Assembly: GCA_049472355.1 (NCBI GenBank)
Contig: JBLIRP010000047.1
Span: forward strand, 1 to 30,453
DNA from: a bacterium
GTDB taxonomy: Bacteria; SZUA-182; DTGQ01; JAFGSM01
Direction: 5' to 3'
Length of the DNA: 30,453 bases
A program made the position numbers and the translations under genes. Of this stretch, positions 25,788-30,453 are shown in pieces (position 1 is the stretch's first letter; the number at the start of each line of letters is the position of its first letter). The notes beneath the pieces were generated by a model. The model saw nothing but the letters and a program-made list of their open reading frames with translations. It had not been told where the DNA came from and searched no databases.

Positions 25788-25998
25788 GCGGTGTCCCCCT
25801 GCCACGATTCAGGGTATCGTCGCGAAGCATTGGCATGCTGGCGGGTCATGGTTTGTAGAATGGGATTGAATAGGGATGTGTGTGGTGGTTCAGCATCCCT
25901 GCTCCTGCGAAGATACACGTAAAGGTTCGATGTGATGCAGCTTGAAGGGTACGATGCAAAGGAGTGCCGGGAATTAAGATAATGGCTGGGGTATCGAT

Positions 25999-27219
25999 AT
26001 GAAGGTCAAGGTACTGCCCGAGGATTTTCAGGTCAGCGAGATCGCCGAAGTCACGATCTCCCGCGAGACGGATGCATTCTCCGTCTATGCCCTTTCCAAG
26101 TGCCGCTGGGATACCTTCGATTTGATAGGCTACCTCTCGAAGAGGCTGAGGATCAGCCCCTCCGACATCTCCATCGGCGGGATCAAGGACAGGCATGGCA
26201 GGACATCACAGACCCTTACCATCCGCACCCAGGGGCACCTCCCCTCCTCCATCACGGAAAATAATTTCACCCTGAAACGCCTGGGGTACTCGGGTGAACC
26301 GATCCGGTCACGGGATATTGCGGGAAACCGGTTCACCATCGTCCTCAGGGACATGAGCGAGGAGGAATACGAGGACCTCCTCCTGAACATGGAAGAGGTC
26401 CGCGAATGCGGTTTCCCCAACTACTATGATGAACAGCGATTCGGTTCCGCCCGGCACGGGCTGGGATTCATGGGCAAGGAACTCTTCCTGGGACGAAGCG
26501 AGCAGGCCCTCAAGCTGTACCTGTGGCCGTCCAGGCGTGACCGGGGTGATGTAAAACGGTTCAAAAGGTGCGTCATTGCAAACTGGGGACGGTGGGAGGA
26601 GTGCACAGAAAAGGTTCCTGAACGATATAAGGTCATCATGGAGTACCTCTGCCGGAGGGGATGCCGTCAGGCATTCACCAAGGCACTTACCCGGATCGGA
26701 CGGCCCTTTCTCATGTTTGCCCTGAATGCCTATCAATCCTTTCTCTTCAACCAGATTCTCCGGGAATACCTCCTTGTGCTCTCAACGTTCTATCGGATTC
26801 ACCTGACGGAACTCCCCTTTGCTTACGGCAGTCTGCTCTTCTACCGGAAACCCTGCGGGGAATGCCTTTCCAGGATGAGATCAACCAAGCTCCCCGTGCC
26901 CGGGCACAACAGCATTATAGAGGACGAGGATGTCCGTGCCGTCACTGAAACGATTCTCTCCGGGGAGGGAATCACCCTCAGGGACCTCAAGGTGAAAAAA
27001 CTCCACAAAACAGCGGTGGGCGGCATCGAGCGTGATATGATCGTTGTTCCCCAGGACTTACGCATTGTTGAGAAGGGACCCGACGAACGCTATCCCCCAC
27101 GGATTAAATGCAGGATGGAATTCCTTCTTCCCAGGGGAAGTTACGCCACCATGCTCCTCAAGCGATTGTCGCTCAGCCGTACACAGCCGATTTTCTGCGC
27201 CGGGAAAAAACAGACGTGA
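25999..27219 (+). CDS. truD: tRNA pseudouridine(13) synthase TruD
   Basis: PEDFQVSE, catalytic GIKDRHG, FPNYYDEQRFGS, NAYQSFLFNQIL, FLLPRGSYATMLL. Confidence 0.95.
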   Translation: MKVKVLPEDFQVSEIAEVTISRETDAFSVYALSKCRWDTFDLIGYLSKRLRISPSDISIGGIKDRHGRTSQTLTIRTQGHLPSSITENNFTLKRLGYSGEPIRSRDIAGNRFTIVLRDMSEEEYEDLLLNMEEVRECGFPNYYDEQRFGSARHGLGFMGKELFLGRSEQALKLYLWPSRRDRGDVKRFKRCVIANWGRWEECTEKVPERYKVIMEYLCRRGCRQAFTKALTRIGRPFLMFALNAYQSFLFNQILREYLLVLSTFYRIHLTELPFAYGSLLFYRKPCGECLSRMRSTKLPVPGHNSIIEDEDVRAVTETILSGEGITLRDLKVKKLHKTAVGGIERDMIVVPQDLRIVEKGPDERYPPRIKCRMEFLLPRGSYATMLLKRLSLSRTQPIFCAGKKQT

Positions 27220-27358
27220 TTCCTCCCCGGTCCCTCGTACTCGCCTATCGCGCGTTCCCCTTGATTTTCTCCGTCTTTCAATATAATTATAGATGCATAC
27301 GCATGAAAGGTGTTCCGGAATCACAGGGGCGCTTTCCAATAGGACAGCGGAGGCTGAT

Positions 27359-27520
27359 ATGAAACGGAACAACATCCAATACATTATACTGGTGATGACC
27401 ATCTTCCTGTATTTCCCGGCCTTTGTCGCCACTCTGTATGATTACGCCGTCGGGCCCTTTCTGATTGCCCTGGCCGGCATCAGCACCGTGATACTCGCCA
27501 TCGTCATGCTGCTCAGATGA
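27359..27520 (+). CDS. Small two-helix membrane protein (53 aa)
   Basis: GGAGG RBS before ATG 27359; two hydrophobic segments. Confidence 0.65.
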   Translation: MKRNNIQYIILVMTIFLYFPAFVATLYDYAVGPFLIALAGISTVILAIVMLLR

Positions 27521-27711
27521 GGGATCACCCTTTCCGGGTACCCGGCGGGATCGCCGGTAACCTGGCGGGATAGTCGATTCGTACCGGGTAACGAATTGTA
27601 TAGGCCGCGGATTGAGAGGATTGCGCCCACTGATTGATCGCAGTCCGAAGGCAAGGTCGAGGCGTTGTTCTGAGTGATGAATTCGTGGAGGAACGCTCCG
27701 AACGAACACAT

Positions 27712-28242
27712 ATGTGCACTACGATGGAGACCAACAGTAGCATGTCACAAAACACATCTTGCGATCAAAGACCGACAGGTGTGGCAGTGATAGCGGTCAT
27801 CAACGCTGTGGCCGCTGCATTGACGCTCTTGTTTTGGACGCTTGCATATATCCGGTTTTTTGCCGGGGCGCCGATCCGGGACCCCGTTCTTCGGGCGTCT
27901 GCAGCGGCAACGCTGGGGTTTCTGGTGGGGGACCTTATCTGGGCCGTACCCGTCTTGATCCTGAGCGTCCCCGGGCTCTGGCGCTGTCGGGACTGGGGGT
28001 GGTCCCTGGCACAGGCGGCGAATGTCCTGTGGGTCTATTCACTGACCGCGGTATGGGTGCGCGACCTGTACGCGGGCCGTATCAGTCCCGGCGCCGTGCT
28101 CTTCACCCCGTTTGCCCTGGTTGCCCTGTGGGCCATCGTCTACCTCTGGAGAACGCGGGACCGGTTCCGGAAGGCAATACCCGATATGATTACCGGGGAT
28201 TCTTCCAGCCCGGATGACAAGGATCTTGTGACCAATGGCTAA
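27712..28242 (+). CDS. Membrane protein with about four TM helices, unknown function
   Basis: RPTGVAVIAVIN start of first helix and several hydrophobic segments; stop overlaps the activator start. Exact start uncertain (27712, 27724 or 27742). Confidence 0.75.
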   Translation: MCTTMETNSSMSQNTSCDQRPTGVAVIAVINAVAAALTLLFWTLAYIRFFAGAPIRDPVLRASAAATLGFLVGDLIWAVPVLILSVPGLWRCRDWGWSLAQAANVLWVYSLTAVWVRDLYAGRISPGAVLFTPFALVALWAIVYLWRTRDRFRKAIPDMITGDSSSPDDKDLVTNG

Positions 28243-29620
28243 GACGCACCAACGCAAGGAAGACCCGTCAGTCCTTACCCCTACCGAGGCCATCCTGGAG
28301 AGTATTTCCGACGGGGTGTTCACGGTGGACCTGGAATGGCACATTACCACGTTTAACAGGGCTGCCGAGGAAATCACCGGCATTCCTCGCACCGAGGCCA
28401 TCGGCCGATTCTGCTCCGAGGTGTTCCGCTCCAGTATGTGCGAGACCGAATGCGCACTGCGACGGACACTGAAAACCGGAAGGCGGATCATCGGAAAGAC
28501 CGGATATATCATCAGGGCCGACGGCTCCAGGATCCCCATCAGCGTTTCCACGGCAATGCTCAGGGACAAGGATGGCCGTATCGTCGGAGGGGCGGAGACA
28601 TTCAGGGACCTGAGCGAGGTCGAGGCATTGCGCCAGGAACTGGAGAGGCGCGTCCGTATCGGCGATCTGGTTAGTCGAAGCCCCCTCATGCAAAAGGTGT
28701 TCGAGGTTCTTCCCGCCATTTCCGCAAGCCCGAGCACCGTGCTGATCCTGGGTGAAACCGGGACCGGCAAGGAGTTGATGGCCCGAACGATTCACTCGTT
28801 GAGCCCGCGCTCCAAGGGGCCTTTTGTCGCCGTTAGCTGCGGGGCCCTGCCGGATACGCTCCTGGAGTCGGAGCTCTTTGGCTACAAGGCGGGCGCGTTC
28901 ACCGGGGCGACCAAGGACAAACCCGGGCGTTTCGACATAGCCACCGGAGGAACCCTGTTCCTTGATGAAATCGGCGAGGTGAGTCCTGCCCTCCAGGTGC
29001 GGCTCCTCAGGGTGCTCCAGGAGCGCACCTATGAACCGCTCGGCGCAACCCGCTCCGAAACCGCCGATGTGCGAATCATTGTGGCCACCAATAAGGACCT
29101 TGCGGAGCAGACGCGACAGGGGACCTTGCGCGAGGATCTTTACTACCGGGTGAACGTGGTTCGGGTGGAGTTGCCTCCGCTTCGCCGCCGCAAGGAGGAC
29201 ATCCCCCTCCTGGTGGAGCAGTTTATCGCCCGGTTCAATCGATTGCAGCAGAAATCCATCCAGGGGATCTCGGCGGATGCGCTTTCCCTCCTCATGGCAC
29301 ACGACTGGCCCGGAAACGTACGGGAGCTCGAAAATGTCATCGAATATTCCTTCATCCTGTGCACCGACGGCATCATCGGCATCGGTCATCTTCCCGAGGA
29401 ACTAACCGCACAAGTCGCTATTGACGCCACTGCACCCACCATGAAGGGGGCGCATGACCTGCTCGACACCCAAACCATTCGGGACGCCCTCGAGCGAAAC
29501 GCCTTTAATCGCCTTGCAACGGCACGGGACCTGGGCATCCACAAGACCACCCTGTACCGGAAGATGAGGAAGCTGGGGATCGCCCTTCCTGAGAAAGACG
29601 GCAGATATCGCCATTCGTGA
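28235..29620 (+). CDS. PAS-domain sigma54-dependent transcriptional activator (OrpR-like)
   Basis: N-terminal PAS with C-x8-C-x3-C; Walker A GETGTGKE, ESELFG, GAFTGA, FLDEIGE, WPGNVRELEN; Fis-type HTH. Confidence 0.95.
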   Translation: MAKTHQRKEDPSVLTPTEAILESISDGVFTVDLEWHITTFNRAAEEITGIPRTEAIGRFCSEVFRSSMCETECALRRTLKTGRRIIGKTGYIIRADGSRIPISVSTAMLRDKDGRIVGGAETFRDLSEVEALRQELERRVRIGDLVSRSPLMQKVFEVLPAISASPSTVLILGETGTGKELMARTIHSLSPRSKGPFVAVSCGALPDTLLESELFGYKAGAFTGATKDKPGRFDIATGGTLFLDEIGEVSPALQVRLLRVLQERTYEPLGATRSETADVRIIVATNKDLAEQTRQGTLREDLYYRVNVVRVELPPLRRRKEDIPLLVEQFIARFNRLQQKSIQGISADALSLLMAHDWPGNVRELENVIEYSFILCTDGIIGIGHLPEELTAQVAIDATAPTMKGAHDLLDTQTIRDALERNAFNRLATARDLGIHKTTLYRKMRKLGIALPEKDGRYRHS

Positions 29621-29721
29621 AAGAAGTAGCTTTATTGCACCCATAAAACTATGATACCACATCCAAATTGCTACTATACTCTCCGATGCCTTCACATGTG
29701 CTCACATTGCAACTATTAGTA

Positions 29722-29734
29722 TTTCAAATTGTTA
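29722..29734 (+). promoter_or_regulatory. IHF-like site
   Basis: TTTCAA-ATTG-TTA, one mismatch to WATCAANNNNTTR, about 30 nt upstream of a -24 element. Confidence 0.45.
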
Positions 29735-29761
29735 TAGCTATTATATGCACACTTGACCACG

Positions 29762-29778
29762 TTGGCACAATGAATGCT
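29762..29778 (+). promoter_or_regulatory. Sigma54 promoter for the NifB/NifX-family gene
   Basis: TTGGCAC-AATGA-ATGCT, exact spacing, directly downstream of a sigma54 activator gene. Confidence 0.8.
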
Positions 29779-29815
29779 TATCATTATATGGAAAATGATA
29801 CGCAGGAGCTTGATC

Positions 29816-30415
29816 ATGAAAGCCGCCTTTTCAGCCTGGAACAATCGAATTGCACCGGTCTTTGATGTGACCCGGCAGGTTCTTCTTGTGGAGGCCCAAT
29901 CGGGACGCATCGTGAGGGAGACCCGGGAATCCCTCGGGGATGATATACCGGCCCAAAGGGCGCTTCGTCTGGCCCGGTTCGGCATAGACACCCTGATCTG
30001 TGGTGCGATCTCTCGACCCATGCAGGCCATGGTGGCAGCCTACGGCATTCGGGTTATCCCCTTCGTGGCCGGCGACCTTCGCGAGGTCATCCAGGCGTGG
30101 CTCTGTGACGGGCTCAAGGATACGCTCTTCGCCATGCCCGGCTGCTGCGGACAAGGGCGTCGCAGGCGCCGAGGCACGAGCGGCATGGAAAAGGAGGAAT
30201 ATATCATGAACGGAGGAAACCGAGGCGGAAGGGGCCCAGGCGGCGGACAGGGTCAGGGCGGCCAGAGGTTCGGCCGCATGGGCGGACCCTCTGCAGCAGG
30301 CCCAGGGGGATATTGTGTGTGTGTGCGATGCGGACACCAGGAACCGCATGAACGCGGCGTACCCTGCACGCAGAGGCATTGCCCGAAGTGCGGGGCTTCC
30401 ATGACCAGAAAATGA
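29816..30415 (+). CDS. NifB/NifX (FeMo-cofactor-binding fold) family protein fused to a Gly-rich, Cys-rich C-terminal domain
   Basis: RIAPVFD, GIDTLICGAIS, GIRVIPFVAG, FAMPGC; C-terminal CVCVRCG..HERGVPC..CPKCG; AGGAG RBS before ATG 29816. Confidence 0.88.
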   Translation: MKAAFSAWNNRIAPVFDVTRQVLLVEAQSGRIVRETRESLGDDIPAQRALRLARFGIDTLICGAISRPMQAMVAAYGIRVIPFVAGDLREVIQAWLCDGLKDTLFAMPGCCGQGRRRRRGTSGMEKEEYIMNGGNRGGRGPGGGQGQGGQRFGRMGGPSAAGPGGYCVCVRCGHQEPHERGVPCTQRHCPKCGASMTRK

Positions 30416-30453
30416 AACAGGGAACGAATCACGTGCCGGAGAGGAATGAACCC

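Noticed and set aside
27534..27571. Imperfect 18-nt direct repeat CCGGGTACCCGGCGGGAT / CCGGTAACCTGGCGGGAT
   Set aside because: Two copies only, GC-rich, no associated structure that suggests a function.
261..29389. Long antisense or alternate-frame ORFs (e.g. 1801..2634, 3536..4360, 10577..11914, 18973..19884, 28268..29389)
   Set aside because: They shadow well-supported genes in GC-rich DNA and show no motifs or RBS.
29816..30415. NifB/NifX-family gene as evidence of nitrogen fixation
   Set aside because: The fold is widespread in non-diazotrophic anaerobes and no nifHDK genes are in the window.

Overview
Bacterial chromosomal window, mostly GC-rich, probably from an anaerobe (tetraheme cytochrome c3, PAS-sigma54 activator next to a NifB/NifX-family gene). 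It holds about 20 genes: the 3' part of an alpha-2-macroglobulin, a secreted S8 protease, a GT-C/TPR membrane glycosyltransferase, cytochrome c3, an AsmA-like protein, a HEAT-repeat protein, a Ste24-type M48 peptidase, a nine-unit Kazal protein, a VapBC-like pair with a frameshifted toxin, a radical SAM/SPASM enzyme, a GNAT, TruD and a sigma54 activator with its probable target. Two things stand out. (1) Six unrelated proteins carry long, nearly charge-free Gly/Tyr/Pro/Phe/Trp/Ser-rich segments, as C-terminal tails, as the macroglobulin bait region, or as the whole mature protein. (2) A sigma54-type promoter precedes a 155-aa [S/T]PW-repeat peptide gene followed by a radical SAM/SPASM enzyme whose motifs resemble peptide-modifying spliceases, a candidate RiPP or protein-modification system. 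Also seen: four sigma54-like promoters and a 122-bp MITE with an 8-bp target duplication. No rRNA, tRNA or CRISPR array was recognised. All family assignments come from motif recognition by eye, not database searches.
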